NCBI GenBank assembly: GCA_002269645.1
Contig: NIVC01001515.1
Location: 62,001 to 126,000, forward strand
Source: Macrostomum lignano
Lineage: Eukaryota
Reading direction: 5' to 3'
DNA: 64,000 bases
In this document: in pieces, positions 13,075-28,254 of the stretch
How the letters are laid out: each line of letters starts with the position of its first letter
Position numbering within the stretch: the first letter of the stretch is position 1
The notes under the pieces: model-generated
What the model was told of the DNA's origin: nothing
Database searches by the model: none
What the model saw: only the letters and a program-made list of their open reading frames with translations
Made by a program: the position numbers and the translations under genes

Positions 13075-13114
13075 TCAGCCATCTATCATATTTAAATGAT
13101 CAAATCTAGAGACA

Positions 13115-13290
13115 GCTGCACCCTGGCGCAATGCCTTCGGCGACATCGTTCCACAACCTGGGGTGAGGCAATTCGGCCTATTTCAATGACTCCTGAGCAC
13201 ATGCAAGAGTGCCAATACTGTGTACACAGGCACGCGCTCAGGGTGTACACAGCGGCCCTGGCTTTCTAATCGTCAGGCACGTACACTTTC
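13115..13290 (-). mobile_element. Older diverged fragment of a family-1-related SINE
   Basis: Shares tgcaccctggcgca and gtgtacacagcggccctggcttt...tcaggcacgtacactt with the adjacent copy. Confidence 0.5.
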
Positions 13291-14084
13291 TGCAATTTAG
13301 TAAATTTCCGCCTGTAAAAGCATTTTGAGTGCGCCATATTTTAAAGTCCAATTTGCTAGAACTCCTATTTATAGAGCTGGGCCATGTGAGTGACAAAAAG
13401 CTGCTTCAACTTACCCAGTAGCTAGTATAGGAACGAATTTGAATTCTCTCAGCGACTCTCAGCGACTAAAACGCACGCACCGCCAGGTGCAAAAATACGA
13501 CGCGTACGCGGCGTAAAGCTCGGAGTTCTCTAAAATCGGTGGGAAATTATATTTTTTATTCGCTCCCTACTATAGGGACGCCCTCGTCAATTTGAAGCTT
13601 GAGAAAGCGGATTTTCTGCGTCAGCAAGCGATTATTTCCAAAGACGCTCAAAGACGCTTCGCATTATACGAGTATATTGATAATTGCTTCAATTTATGGC
13701 GAGACTTGGCGTTCTTTGATCCTATAGAAGATGGGAATAAGCCTTCTTTATTTGGGCGGTCAACGTCGATTCGCTAAATTGGATCAATTTTGAAGGCGGA
13801 AGGATCAGCACCCGATGTCCAGTGCAGTAATTGCGATGACTGGGAAATTTCGCAGATGGAGGAAGGAACCTCTATAATAAGAAAGTGATTGCAGACGGCA
13901 AGAAAACAAGCAAACGAGGTATAAATTTGCATTACATAATTATTGTCTTTGCTGGACAAATTTAATTGCGGGAAAAACAAAAGACGGCAAATAGTGAGTC
14001 TGTTAGGCTCAAAACATGGCACACTGTCAAAAAAATCTTAACGAAACGCAGAGTGCGCGGTTGTCCTCGCTGCAGCATCTGATC

Positions 14085-14430
14085 TGCACCCATCGCCAAC
14101 CCCAGCCATACATGCACCCACCCCATTGCCATCCCCAGCCATGCAAGCACCCACCCCATCGCCAATCCTAGCCATGCACCCACCACATCGTCAACCCCAG
14201 CCATGCATGCACCCACCCCGCCGCGAACCCCAGCCATGCACCCACCCCATCGCCAACCCAAAACATGCGCCCACCCATCGTCAACCTCAGCCATGCACCC
14301 ACCTACCATGGTATCGCCAACCTCGGCCATGCGCCCACCCCATCGCCAACCCCAGCCATGCACCCACCCATCGCCAACCTCAGCCATGCACCCACCCATC
14401 GCCAACCCCAGCCATGCACGCCCACCATCA
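14085..14430. repeat. ~30-bp minisatellite (cccagccatgcacccaccccatcgccaa-like)
   Basis: About 11 diverged tandem copies. Confidence 0.9.
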
Positions 14431-15671
14431 CCTGCTCTTTATAAAAAGCCAAAAGGATATCATAGAAGGCCCATCATATATGTAGCTATATCACAGCCTT
14501 TAACGTCTAGTGCAATCGCAGGATTCGCACGTCGTGCAGACCGGTCAATTAAAATTTTAAGGTGAGACTGTCTGGGATAGGTACATGTAGGATTCAGCGG
14601 GGGTGATTTATAGGGAGAAGCTCAAAGGAACATTTCTCCGATCTATCATTTTCTAATCAGAGGCGACAGGCGGCTCCCGCAGTGTTACTTCCGTTCCCTT
14701 GTGCTGCACTGCACGCCACTGAGCCCTCAGTTCCGGTGCTCATACACAGGACACGGTTGGGCAATTTGCAGAGGCGGGCTCTGCAGGTATACGAGAGTCT
14801 GGGACTTCTAGACTATAGAAGGACGCTGTACTCGAATCCGGTGAGAAGTTTGTTGAAGGTTAGTGAATTTTGACCTGTTGCGTGTGTTGAATCGTTTCCT
14901 TGAACATCTGCTACGAGCTATAATTATACGAGTATATTGTGCTTGTGATTTCCATCTTCATCAGATAATCATCATCTGCACGCGGAGCGCACCCGATTCG
15001 ACTGTACTCTCCCTTCAATAGCCTCCATCCTGCATCAGGCAGCTAGAAAGTTGGATTTCTGGGACAGCTGAGATTTCCCAATGGAATTATCGTATGAAAT
15101 AGCACAGCTGAATTCATACAGGCAGTTCTGCCCACCGCATCTTAGCGCAGCTTTGTGCCACACCCGGCCGGATCAAGAAGTCACAGAGCTGCGGCGAGTA
15201 AACGCAAAACTCGATGTACTTTTATTTGGACTAGACAACATGTACCTCTGTGAAGCAAATTCGTTTTCTAGACGAAGCTCGTTGACATTTTTATTGCAAG
15301 TGACAGGCAGAGAAGGCCGGGAGGGGGCATTTATCTACAGCATCAGGTGAGTCCGGAGATTCCACAGGCACGAGTGCGAGAGCTGCTTGTAAACAAGACC
15401 AGTGCCGGATTATACAGATGGAAAGTCAGTTAATGCTGCATGTTTAGCAACTAAGACTTCTAAAGGCCTGCATTTTTTCCTCTCTTCCTGGTCAGCAATA
15501 TTAGCTGCGTAATTTGGATAAATTCTGAGGGAGAACTTTAAAGTCTTCGGTGCAGTGTGAGGTTGAGAAATTTACAAAAATCAAATATTACTTATAGTAT
15601 ATTATAAACATTAGGTGCAGGTACTTTCAAAGTTGAAACGTTGAAGTTGAGACGCAAAATCGCATCTAAGG

Positions 15672-16358
15672 GAGGGGTTGAGCCACAAACTCTCATCATA
15701 GGGTTGAGCCACAAACTCTCATCATAGGGTTGAGCCACAAACTCTCATCATAGGGTTGAGCCACAAACTCTCATCATAGGGTTGAGCCACAAACTCTCAT
15801 CATAGGGTTGAGCCACAAACTCTCATCATAGGGTTGAGCCACAAACTCTCATCATGGGGTTGAGCCACAAAATCTCATCATAGGGTGGAGCTGAGACACA
15901 AAATCTCATCATAGGCTGGGGCTGAGACACAAAATCTCATCATACACATGTAGGGCTGAGACACAAAATCTCATCATAGGGTGGGGCTGAGACACAAACT
16001 CTCATCATAGGGTGGGGCTGAGACACAAAATCTCATCATAGGGTGGGGCTGAGACACAAACTCTCATCATAGGGTGAGCTGAGACACAAAATCTCATCAT
16101 AGGGTGGGGCTGAGACAAAATCTCATCATAGGGTGGGGCTGAGACAAAATCTCATCATAGGGTAAGCTGAGACACAAAATCTCATCATAGGGTGGGGCTG
16201 AGACACAAAATCTCATCATAGGGTGGGGCTGAGACACAAAATCTCATCATAGGGTGGGGCTGAGACACAAAATCTCATCATAGGGTGAGCTGAGACACAA
16301 AATCTCATCATAGGGTGGGGCTGAGACACAAAATCTCATCATAGGGTGAGGACAAAAT
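15672..16358. repeat. 26- to 31-bp minisatellite with a unit switch (…aaa(c/a)tctcatcataggg…)
   Basis: About 7 copies of a 26-bp unit, then about 16 copies of a 29-31-bp derivative. Confidence 0.95.
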
Positions 16359-17039
16359 CTCAGAAGTGCAGGGAGTTCGATCAGAGATATTACCAGCATA
16401 AAGAAAGTAACACCAAAGACGCCGACAAACAAGACGGTTTACAGGCAAAGAAATTGCATGCCCAACGCAGAACTGACATAAGCTAATATATATGATTACA
16501 GGAGCGACACTGAATGGACAGGCGAAATTATATTTCTATTCCTGAACGCAGAGGGGCAGAGAGCTCAGGCTAAAACTCTGAAGAGTAAACTTTCTTTTTG
16601 TTAAAATCACTGACGCTTGAATAGCAGCAGGCTAAAAATATTAATACACGTATAGTAAAAGTACACAGCAACTATGGGATAAACACGGCGATTTTTTAAA
16701 TCACATTAGCTGAAATGTCTAAAGAGTGATCAGTTGTCAAGTGAAAAGCCAGCGAACATATACAATCTGGCAGGGCGCGTGGACAGCACATCCGAGACTG
16801 AGAACAGCATATCTTAATGTAGGAGGCGCCGATTATATCTAATATTTATTGCAATTGTACTATTGGACAGAAACAATAACCGACAGGGCACAGTTATTAA
16901 TTACACATGCTATATTGAAAATCTATACTGAAAAGCGCCGCTACGACTCTTAATTAAAAAACTGCTCTTGCACAAGAGTTGTTTCATGAGTATACTTTAT
17001 TATGAAAATGCTTATGAACGGGAATAAAGGCGATGTAGA

Positions 17040-18140
<1,101 letters not shown>

Positions 18141-19071
18141 CAAGAGGATCGCCGCTAGCAAGTGCTGAACACGTCAAAATAAAAAGACGGAGACAGAGAG
18201 CCAAAAAGAAGCAGACAATGAAGCACAGAGCTTGGGAAAGCAACAACAGCAGCAGCGAAAGAAACAGAACTCCACTGATGCAATTTGCTTTGATTCATAC
18301 GAAAGCAGCGTTGTCACGCAAAACGAAAACAGAAGATAAAAAGCAAAATCGCAGCCCTCTCAAGCAATAGATAGAAGGCATTATTCTCTACTTCCTTCTG
18401 TCGGGGGAGGTCCGGTACGCAGGTAAAACAGCCTAACAGTAGAACTACCCATGGTGAGGAAAGGAGACAGATCCAACAGACCATAGATATCAACAAGATT
18501 TGCCCCGCTTGATCAGTGCACAGGCAATACGCTTGTAAACTACTTTTCATTCAGTAGCTTATGCGCATATTGCAGGAGGTAAATATTCAGAGCATGCCTA
18601 CCCGTACAGAAACACTGCAATGCAGACACTCACAATCTTGTAGAAATCTATAAACTTTGAATACATTTGAAAAAGAAACATTTTCTTTACACGTTGATAT
18701 ATGTAAATCACCACAAGTTGAACAGTGAAACGTAGTTGTGAAATGTGTGGAGAGCTGCTCCAGCACAGGCGCAACAAGATTATACAACAAAAAAATGAAT
18801 GAGATGATAGAGTCTGATGCAATTCAAAGTGATAGACAGACACTTTAAACACTGAATGTTGTCAGCATAGCCAGTATGGTATGTGCATTTGCTACTGAGA
18901 AGATTTATTGCGAAGACAAACGATTTTAAATTATTGATAATTATTATATATAGAGAACTACAGCACAATGCCAGACACCGCCAGTCAGGAGAGATAGCAG
19001 CTTATAAAATGACATATTAATTCATACTACTAAGGCAAGTGCCCAGCACTATAATGCATGCATTCTGCAGC

Positions 19072-22000
19072 TTAGCCGCCTGGCCTGAAGCCCTGCTTGC
19101 TGCCGCCGCCCAGCGTATCGGGGGCCGCCGGGTGCAGGCTGCCGGATGAAGCCGAACTGCTGCCGACTAGGGGGGGGGGGAGGGCAACGGATTCGGCTGC
19201 AGGAATTTTTTACATCTAACACTTATAAATCAATGTTAGGTTGTCATTAGAGTCTCATTAGGAATCGCATTAGAATTCGATCTTAAGAACTCTGCATTAG
19301 ACTATTTGAATCTGGATTTTATACTACTGAAACCCGGTTAGAATGCGAATTAGATAATTAAAATCCCAATATCTTAGGCCATTAAAAACTCAGTTAGATT
19401 CCGGATTAGACCATTACAATATCTTAGTCAGAACCTGGATTAAACCATCAGAATCCCAGCTAAAATCTGAATAAAATTAGAAACTCAGTTATTAGAGTTT
19501 GGACTAGAATATTATTGAATAGAACCTCAATTAGATTCTTGATTAGACTATTAGGATCTAGACTAGACCATCAGAATTTGATTAGACCATTGAAATTCCA
19601 GTTAGAATCTGTATTAGACCATTAGAATCCCAGTTTGAATCTGGATTGGATCATTAGAACGCCAGTTAGAACTGGATTAGACCAATAGTATCCCAGTTAA
19701 AATCTGGGTTAGACCATTAGAATCCCAGTTAAAAATGAATTAGACCATTAGAATCCCAGATAGAATATAAAGTAGACCATTAGAATCCCAGTTAGAACTG
19801 GATTAGACCATTAGTATCCCAGTTAAAATCTGGGTTAGACCATTAGAATCCCAGTTAAAAATGAATTAGACCATTAGAATCCCAGATAGAATATAAAGTA
19901 GACCATTAGAATCCCAGTTAGAAATAGATTAGACCATTACAATCCCAGTTAGAATCTGGATTAGACCATTAGAATTCCAGTTAGAATCTGGATTAGACCA
20001 TTAGAATCCCAGTTAGAATCTGGATTAGACCATTAGAATTCCAGTTAGAATCTGGATTAGACCATTAGAATTCCAGTTAGAATCTGGATTAGACCATTAG
20101 AATCCCAGTTAGAATCTGGATTAGACCATTAGAATTCCAGTTAGAATCTGGATTAGACCATTAGAATCCCAGTTAGAATCTGGATTAGACCATTAGAATC
20201 CCAGTTAGAATCTGGATTAGCTACAGAGCCGCACTCACTGGAGTTGTCGCTGCCAACAGCGGCAGAATTAACCGGCGGCATGGCGCCCAGCGGTGTAGGA
20301 GTTTTCGCCTGCAAGCTGCTGTACTGGCTGACGCTATCTGCTCGGTCTAAGGAGTAGGGCAGCGGCATCGCACCTGTGTAGCTAGGCGGCGGCCCTGGAG
20401 GCGCCCAGTTTATCGGCGGCATCTGCGGCTGCGGCAGCTGTTGGCGACCAGAGCCACCGGAGTCGAAGCCGCCGCCGACGTTAAGCTTCGACATGTCTAC
20501 CGGTAGGGCAGGCGGCGGCGGTGGATGGACGTCAGCTGCTGCTGAGACTCCGCCAACAGCACAGTCGCCAAACACATAGTAACACTGCTCGGAGAATCCC
20601 ACCTTGTTAACCTTGTGCCGGATGCAGCCTTGGCGAAGCATCTCGGCTGCCCATTTGCGCGCCTCTTTGCGCTCAGTGAAGCCTTCGACTCGAGTGTAGA
20701 GCCAATCGACTAGATCGGAGCCTGCCGGTATGTGCGCGTGATTTTAAATCGTTGAATGCCTCCTTAGACACCTCAAGGCCCATTGTTAAAACGCCCTTTT
20801 GATTGATATGCTTTGGCACTTAATTTGATTCGCATGATTTGACACAAGCGCGCACTTTAAGTGACCTACTTTGACACAAGCGTGCACTTTGAGTGACTGA
20901 ACTTCTTTGACACAAGGGCACTTTAAGTGACCTACGTTGACACAAGCGCGCACTTTGAGTGACCTTTGACACAAGCGCACTCTAAGTGACCTACGTTGAC
21001 ACAAGCGCACTTTGAGTGACCTATGTTGACACAAGCGCGCACTTTAAGTGACTTGCCAGTGCTGTGGAACACTCTTAGGAGACCGAAATCAGGAGAGTGC
21101 TGTTTGAGCTCGGCCAATTTATAAAATTAAAAGTGCTTGTTTAAGTAAAACTTTTGTGGAGATAAACACTATAATATACTCGTATTTGAAAATCAGAGAT
21201 AAATAAACTACTAAAAGTAGGAAAAGTAGAGTTTTAGCATACTTTCTATTCATTATGATTAATTGAACGCCAGCTTACCAATGAAAGCCTTCGGGATAGG
21301 TATTTTAAGCCAGGTGCGATCCCGCACCTCCAAGCCGGAGTCCGGCATAGCCATGGCGCTGGCAATGGTGTGCAGATCAGTCTGAGTAGTGAGGGGCGGC
21401 ATCAGCTCCTCGGCTGTGTAGCGCTCCGACTCGGGCAAGGAACAGGAAGACGTGCTGACGCTTGCGGCTGCACAGGGTGAGCGGAATTGCTAAGGTTTAT
21501 AATTTGATTCATGGTGGGGTATCCGAGCGATTCATGGTGGGGTATCCGAGCGATTCTTGGTGGGGTATCCGAGCGATTCTTGGTGGGGTATCGGAGCGAT
21601 TCTTGGTGGGGTATCGGAGCGATTCTTGGTGGGGTATCTGAGCGATTCTTGGTGGGGTATCCGAGCGATTCTCGGTGGGGTATCCGAGCGATTCTTGGTG
21701 GGGTATCCGAGCGATTCTCGGTGGGGTATCCGAGCGATTCTCGGTGGGGTATCCGAGCGATTCTCGGTGGGGTATCCGACGCGATTCTTGGTGGGGTATC
21801 CGAGCGATTCTCGGTGGGGTATCCGACGCGATTCTTGGTGGGGTATCCGAGCGATTCTTGGTGGGGTATCTGGGCGATTTTTGGTAAGGTATCGGGGCGA
21901 TTCTCGGTGGGGTATAGGGGCGATTCTCGGTGGGGTATAGGGGCGATTCTTGGTAAGGTATCGGGGCGATTCTTGGTAAGGTATCGGGGCAATTCTCGGT

Positions 22001-25000
22001 GGGGTATCCGAGCGATTCTTGGTGGGGTATCCGAGTGATTCTTGGCGGCGCATCGGAGCGATTCATAGTGGGCCATCGGGGCGATTTTTGGTAAGGTATC
22101 GGGGCGATTCTCGGTGGGGTATAGGGGCGATTCTTGGTAAGGTATCGGGGCAATTCTCGGTGGGGTATCCGAGCGATTCTTGGTGGGGTATCCGAGTGAT
22201 TCTTGGCGGCGCATCGGAGCGATTCATAGTGGGCCATCGGGGCGATTTTTGGTAAGGTATCGGGGCGATTCTCGGTGGGGTATAGGGGCGATTCTCGGTG
22301 GGGTATAGGGGCGATTCTTGGTAAGGTATCGGGGCAATTCTCGGTGGGGTATCCGAGCGATTCTTGGTGGGGTATCCGAGTGATTCTTGGCGGCGCATCG
22401 GAGCGATTCATAGTGGGCCATCGGGGCGATTTTTGGTAAGGTATTGGGGCGATTCTCGGTGGGGTATAGGGGCGATTCTTGGTAAGGTATCGGGGCGATT
22501 CTTCGTGGGGTATAGGGGCGATTCTAGGTGAGGTATCGGGGTGATTTTTGGTAAAGTATCGGAGCGATTCTTGGTGGGGTATAGGGGCGATTCTTGGTGA
22601 GGTATCGGGGTGATTTTTGGTAAAGTATCGGAGCGATTCTTGGTGGGGTATAGGGGCGATTCTAGGTGAGGTATCGGGGTGATTTTTGGTAAAGTATCGG
22701 AGCGATTCTTGGTGGGGTATCCGAGTGATTCTTGGCGGCGCATCGGAGCGATTCTTGGCGGCGCATCGGAGCGATTCATAGTGAGCCATCGGGGTGATTT
22801 TTGGTAAAGTATCGGGGCGATTCTCGGTGGGGTATAGGGGCGATTTTTAGTGAGGTATCTGGGCGATTTTTGGTAAGGTATCGGGGCGATTCTCGGAAGG
22901 GTATAGGGGTGATTCTTGGTAAGGTATCGGGGCGATTCTTCGTGAGGTATAGGGGCGATTCTCGGTGGGGTATAGGGGCGATTCTCGGTGGGGTATAGGG
23001 GCGATTCTCGGTGGGGTATCGGGGCGATTCTTGGCGAGGAGAGTCTGTATTGGTGCAATATTTAGGCAGGACGACCGAGTTGCCGAGGGCAATTAAAGGC
23101 CAGCCAGAAGATAATTAGGATGGATAAACGTATTTTTCTCAAACAGCAGGGCTAGGACAACAATTAAAGGCAATTAAAGACGCAGACGCACCTGTGACAG
23201 TGAGCCGGCTATCAACAACATTATCAGGCAGGCCGCCAACCAGACAGGAAGCGGCCGGTGCGATCTGCTGAGAGCCGCCAAGCGTGCCAGTGCCGCCGCT
23301 GCCGCTGTCCGGGTCCTGTCGCATAGCGTTGGTGTGCAGCACCCAGGCGCGCGGGTCGATAGGCCTGACCGGCTCCTCGCGCGGCATTGTGCGCAACTGA
23401 TAATCGCGCGAGTCCCAGCACTTGGCCACTACTAGACGAATTTTGCCCGGCTTCTGCACCTGATCGCGTAATATTCGAACGGCTTCGTCGTTTTCAAGAT
23501 TTTCAAAAGCGATATTGTTAACCTCGAGCAGCATGTCGCCCGGCTGGATGCTGCCTTCGCGTTCCACGGCGCCGCCGCGCATGATTGAACCGACGTAGAT
23601 GCCGCCGGAGCCGCCGTTGGCTGCCGGATGGCCTACTATGCTGATGCCGAGGAACTGCACCGCGTCCATGTCCAGCTCCACGGTGCGCACGTCCAGGGAC
23701 ACCGCCGACTCAGTCACGCTGCTGAACGAGGACGTCTGGGGATGTTGGGTTTGAGGGTGCCGGTTCTGAGGTATGTTTGGGGGTGTTGGGTTTGAGGGTG
23801 CCGGTTCTGAGGTATGTTTGGGGGTGTTGGGTTTGAGGGTGCCGGTTCTGAGGTATGTTTGGGGGTGTTGGGTTTGAGGGTGCCGGTTCTGAGGTATGTT
23901 TGGGGTGTTGGGTTTGAGGGTGCCGGTTCTGAGGTATGTTTGGGGGTCTCGGTTTGAGATGTCGGTTTGGGGTGTCGGTTTAGGGGTGTCAGTTTGAGAT
24001 GTCGGTTTGGCGATGTTGTTTTAGGACAGCGGCCGCTGATTTTACCGTGAAGAGTTAAGAGATGTCTGACGGATGACATGCGAAGTACATGTATTAATGG
24101 ATTATGAATATCGATGAGCGCGTACGGTAGCAGGGACGTCGACAGACAGACAGAAAGACAGACACTGAGACAGACAGACAGACAGAGACGGACAAGAAAA
24201 CACTACAATATGGATGCTTTGGATGGATGGATAGTACTAATAAGCTAACTAATAGTAGTATAAATGCAGATTGTCACCAGCCAATAAACATAAGACAAGG
24301 TCAGCCCTCGTTATCTAGCTACTCACTCTGCTAATATGCGGTGCCCGTTTTTTGTGCCGATGATGCCGTTTCTGCAGATTTTTCCTGGCAGCGGCGGCGG
24401 AGTAGGTAGTGTTGGTGGCGCTGCTGAACCGGCTGCTCTCGATGTCATCTTCGCTGTCAAGAAATGAGGTCGAGTCCAGATCGCTTGACATCATGCTGCC
24501 AGCCGACTCGTAAGTTGGCTGCTGCTGCTTGCTGTGGTGATGCGGGCGACCCGGCCCACCAAGGCGGAGGCCTGCAGTGCGGATGGCGCATACAGATGGT
24601 GCAGGTCCCACAGTACACTCTGTACTAGCTAATAGGCACAGCTCATACAGATGGTGCAGGTCCCACAGTACACTCTGTACTAGCTTACGAGGCACATCAT
24701 CGTATAGGCACAGCTTATACAATTAAGGTGACAATCTTAGAAATCATACATCATGGCTAGACATAGTGTAACTTCACTGGCTTTTAACTGCCTGTCTGAT
24801 CGAAAAGTGCATATTATTATTTACGGTTTGTCATGACTTGAAGATGGAAACAGTCATAGTTGAACTTGTAAACACCCATTCCAACTAAGTTTAATATGAC
24901 AGGAAACGATTATCCAAACGTGCAAATTAAGCTATTCTACATAAAAGCAATAAGTAATTGATAATCTAAAACTGAAATGACGTACCGCGATGCCGATTGT

Positions 25001-28000
25001 TGAAACTGGGTAGCGGGGCCACTCGATCTGCAAAAATTTCACGAGACACATTAGTAAGACAGACAGAAGTTGCAGAAGTCTGCACACTCCATGTTTACTG
25101 ACTACTTAAATTTATCAATAAATAGAATTCCTGTATTCTAGAATTCCAATAATGAATTGAAATATGAAACAAGGTGGCCAATTTAGCATCCGGGGTCCAA
25201 ATTAAGGACACACGCAACGAAAAGCCTGCGCTGGTGCCTTTTCTGCAACGTGAAATTTCTAGCTAGAGACCATAGGCCAGCCAACTTACCAGCCTGTTGC
25301 TGGGCACTGTACTCGCTCTCAGAGCCGGTGCCGGATGCTCCGCTGCCGCCAGCTGGCAGAGCGGCTGCCCCGCCGCTGCCAAGCTTGCTGCCGGAATTGA
25401 CGCTGCCCTCCGCGTCCGCTGTGACCAGCTGGGTGGTGTGCGGCCATGCAGTGGCAATTACTTCAAATAGTGTACTTTTAACTATTAACTGCTCCAAAAG
25501 AGACTAGTCTGTCCAGAGTTCGCCTGGGAACTATTGAACTGGCCTGTAGAATACTGTGAACTGCTGTACATACTGAACAAAAAGGAGCTGTTTCTGCTTT
25601 TAACTCGAAGGGATTGCTGAGATGCCAAGGCTCAGAGGGGGGAGTTGCTGAGATGCCAGGGCTCAGAGGGGGGAGTTGCTGAGATGCCAAGGCTCACAGG
25701 GGGGAGTTTCTGAGATGCCAAGGCTCAGAGGGGAGTTTCTGAAATGCCAGGGCTCAGAGGGGGGAGTTGCTGAGATGCCAGGGCTCAGAGGGGGAGTTGC
25801 TGAGAAGCCATGGCTCAGAGGGGGAGTTGCTGAGATGCCAGGGCTCAGAGGGGGAGTTGCTGAGATGCCATGGCTCAGAGGGGGGAGTTGCTGAGATGCC
25901 AGGGCTCAGAGGGGGAGTTGCTGAGAAGCCATGGCTCAGAGGGGGAGTTGCTGAGAAGCCATGGCTCAGAGGGGGGGTTGCTGAGATGCCAAGGCTCAAA
26001 GGGGGAGTTACTGAGATGCCATGGCTCAATGGGGAGTTACTGAGATGCCAGGGCTCAGAGGGGGAGTTGCTGAGATGCCATGGCTCAAGGGGGGGGTTAC
26101 TGAGATGCCAAGGCTCAGAGGGGGAGTTGCTGAGATGCCATGGCTCAATGGGGAGTTGCAGAGATGCCATGGCTCAATGGGGAGTTGCTGAGATGCAAGG
26201 CTCAGGGGGGAATTCTGAACAACCATGGCTCAAATGGAGATGCTAGCTTAATACAAGTGCTAATGCTTTTCTGCTGCAAACATGTTAATTTCTAAGAAAC
26301 TAAGAATTGGGCTTTTGTAGTTTTTTTTGAAAAAAATTATTTCTATGTTGCCTCCTTACTGAGGGACTCGGCTTTCTAGCCAGTTTAGACTAGTTTTTTA
26401 AGAAAGTTTATCTAAATGACAGTTTAGGAACTTAAAAACGATTTATTAAGAATGATAAACAACAATAACACGCATCATGCAAAAACATACCCATGATTCG
26501 ACTTTGCCTTTTGAGAATGGTAGGTGGGCATTGTCATCTGCAATCTCTTCTTTAACAACTCTAAAATAAAATAAAATTACAAATTTAAAACAGCTTTCTG
26601 TTTAAAAATCTAGGCTAAAACTAAAAGTATATTAACATATAAAAACCTTTAACACATTGGTTTATGACTACTTTATTAATTAATAATCTGACTATTTAAT
26701 TCATTAAAACATTTTTAAATAAAGATAAACTAATAATGTTTTAGTACATACATGCCCAACCTCAAAATTTCACCTGTCCAGTGCAACTTAGTTTTGTCCA
26801 GATTTGCTACTTAGTTCCTGCTGATTATGATTTAGTTCCCCTGGTTGTAACCTAATTTTCACTTTGTATATGACTTTTCTTGCCTTTTCTCTTATCTTCT
26901 CTCTCTCTCTCTCTCTCTCTCCTCATTCCTCTTTCTCTCTCTCTTCTCCCTCCTTTCTTTTCCTTTTCTCTTCCTCTCTTTCTTCCCCCAAATTTTCATT
27001 TTTTGCATTTTTGATTTTGCAACTTACCTTGGCTGGTGGCCATTTCACCTATCTGGTTCAGATGGGTATGACAGGTGTTGGGCATGTATGTTTTTTAATA
27101 ACTTTTCTAAAATAAATATTTAATTCAAAATTGTGCCAAATGGACTTAAATAAAAAATTAGTAAGCATTTATTGTCCCTATTATATATTATTTTAAGGCA
27201 TCATTAAATATCTTAAATATAATATAAAAGAGCAATTTAATATTTTTCAGCTCTAAAACTAATATTCAATATTATTTACTATTTTAAATTATAAGTCTAT
27301 AGTTGGTAAAAAATATTGTAGATTATACATGTAAATAAGACAATGGCAATTAATCTTATTATATAATATATCTTTAAATTGAATTGCTTTTCTTTTTGTA
27401 ATTAAAAAAAGTTATTATGAGTGAAATATAAAGAATTTGAAACATACAAAATACTTTGAGACAAATAACATATTAACATATTCAAACAATATGATATTTA
27501 TGAACAGCCTATCCTTATATTAGCCATGTAAGTTACCAAAAAACAACATTAATTTTTTAAATTTTTTACTTTTATATTTATTACAACAGAAAATAATTGT
27601 AAATAAAGAAAGCATCTAGGCTAGCTTATATTTCAACAAATCAATGATAATATAATTGTTATAAATATAAAAAGACCAATATTATTCATTCAAAAAAGAC
27701 AATGCCATCAATTTAGACATTGGGAATTTATTTATTATATAATTATATTTATCAAAAATATATAGGCTATGACTCATATGGAAAAAGATAATTATTTATG
27801 ATTTATATAAAATAAAATTTCTTAGTTAACTAGCCTATCAATGTTGCTAACAAGGTTGCCATAATGACTTGATACTAAAATGGCTATCAATATTAATAAG
27901 ATTTTTAGTTGCCAAAATAGATTAGGGCCTAGGCTGATAGGCCCTTATTATAATTGTAGAATAAGCCTATACAATATCAATGCTATTAATCATAAGCTAG

Positions 28001-28254
28001 ACATGAGCCCCTAGTCACATTAAAAGGATGGCATAATAGAATTACCAATTAATTTATATATATTTTAAAATTATATTTGTCTTAACTTACCCAAAGTCAT
28101 CATCAACTGACTTGAAAAAGAATTTAAAGTTTGCTTTATAGTTTAATGCATTCTTAAAATCAGCTAATGTTGCTTGACCTGGTGGTATAGAAAGTCGAAT
28201 TAGATATGGTGTATCCTCCTCATCCACATGAAATATTATTTTGGTAGTTTCCAT
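19072..28254 (-). CDS. dvl: Dishevelled (DIX-PDZ-DEP); 8 exons: 28254-28091, 26560-26491, 25428-25290, 24571-24327, 23735-23192, 21467-21279, 20721-20239, 19196-19072
   Basis: DIX: [19 protein letters not shown]...[25 protein letters not shown]...SWLV. Basic region: [32 protein letters not shown]: [54 protein letters not shown]: [40 protein letters not shown]. All seven introns are GT-AG with matching phases. The last exon is the least certain. Confidence 0.95.
19470..20222. repeat. 32-bp minisatellite (ttagaatctggattagaccattagaatcccag) in dvl intron 7
   Basis: Tandem array, degenerate on the left and near-perfect on the right. Confidence 0.9.
20815..21055. repeat. ~32-bp minisatellite (ttgacacaagcgcgcactttaagtgacc) in dvl intron 6
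   Basis: About 7 copies. Confidence 0.9.
21512..23035. repeat. 20/21-bp minisatellite (ggtggggtatccgagcgattct) in dvl intron 5
   Basis: About 70 diverged copies. It is the source of many spurious repetitive ORFs. Confidence 0.97.
23738..23950. repeat. ~41-bp minisatellite in dvl intron 4, abutting the splice acceptor
   Basis: About 5 copies of gggtttgagggtgccggttctgaggtatgtttgggggtgtt. Confidence 0.9.
25605..26230. repeat. 31/32-bp minisatellite (ggggagttgctgagatgccagggctcagag) in dvl intron 2
   Basis: About 20 copies. Confidence 0.95.
26886..26990. repeat. CT-rich low-complexity tract in dvl intron 1
   Basis: (CT)n followed by a pyrimidine run. Confidence 0.8.

Noticed and set aside
21402-23092. 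Many overlapping 100-430 aa ORFs (PPRIAPIP.. / GVSERF..)
   Set aside because: They are products of a 21-bp minisatellite inside a dvl intron that has clear flanking splice sites.
27028-27052. Possible 21-25-nt poison microexon in dvl intron 1 (strong GTAAGT donor on the minus strand)
   Set aside because: There is no convincing polypyrimidine tract before the candidate acceptors, so it cannot be supported without RNA data.
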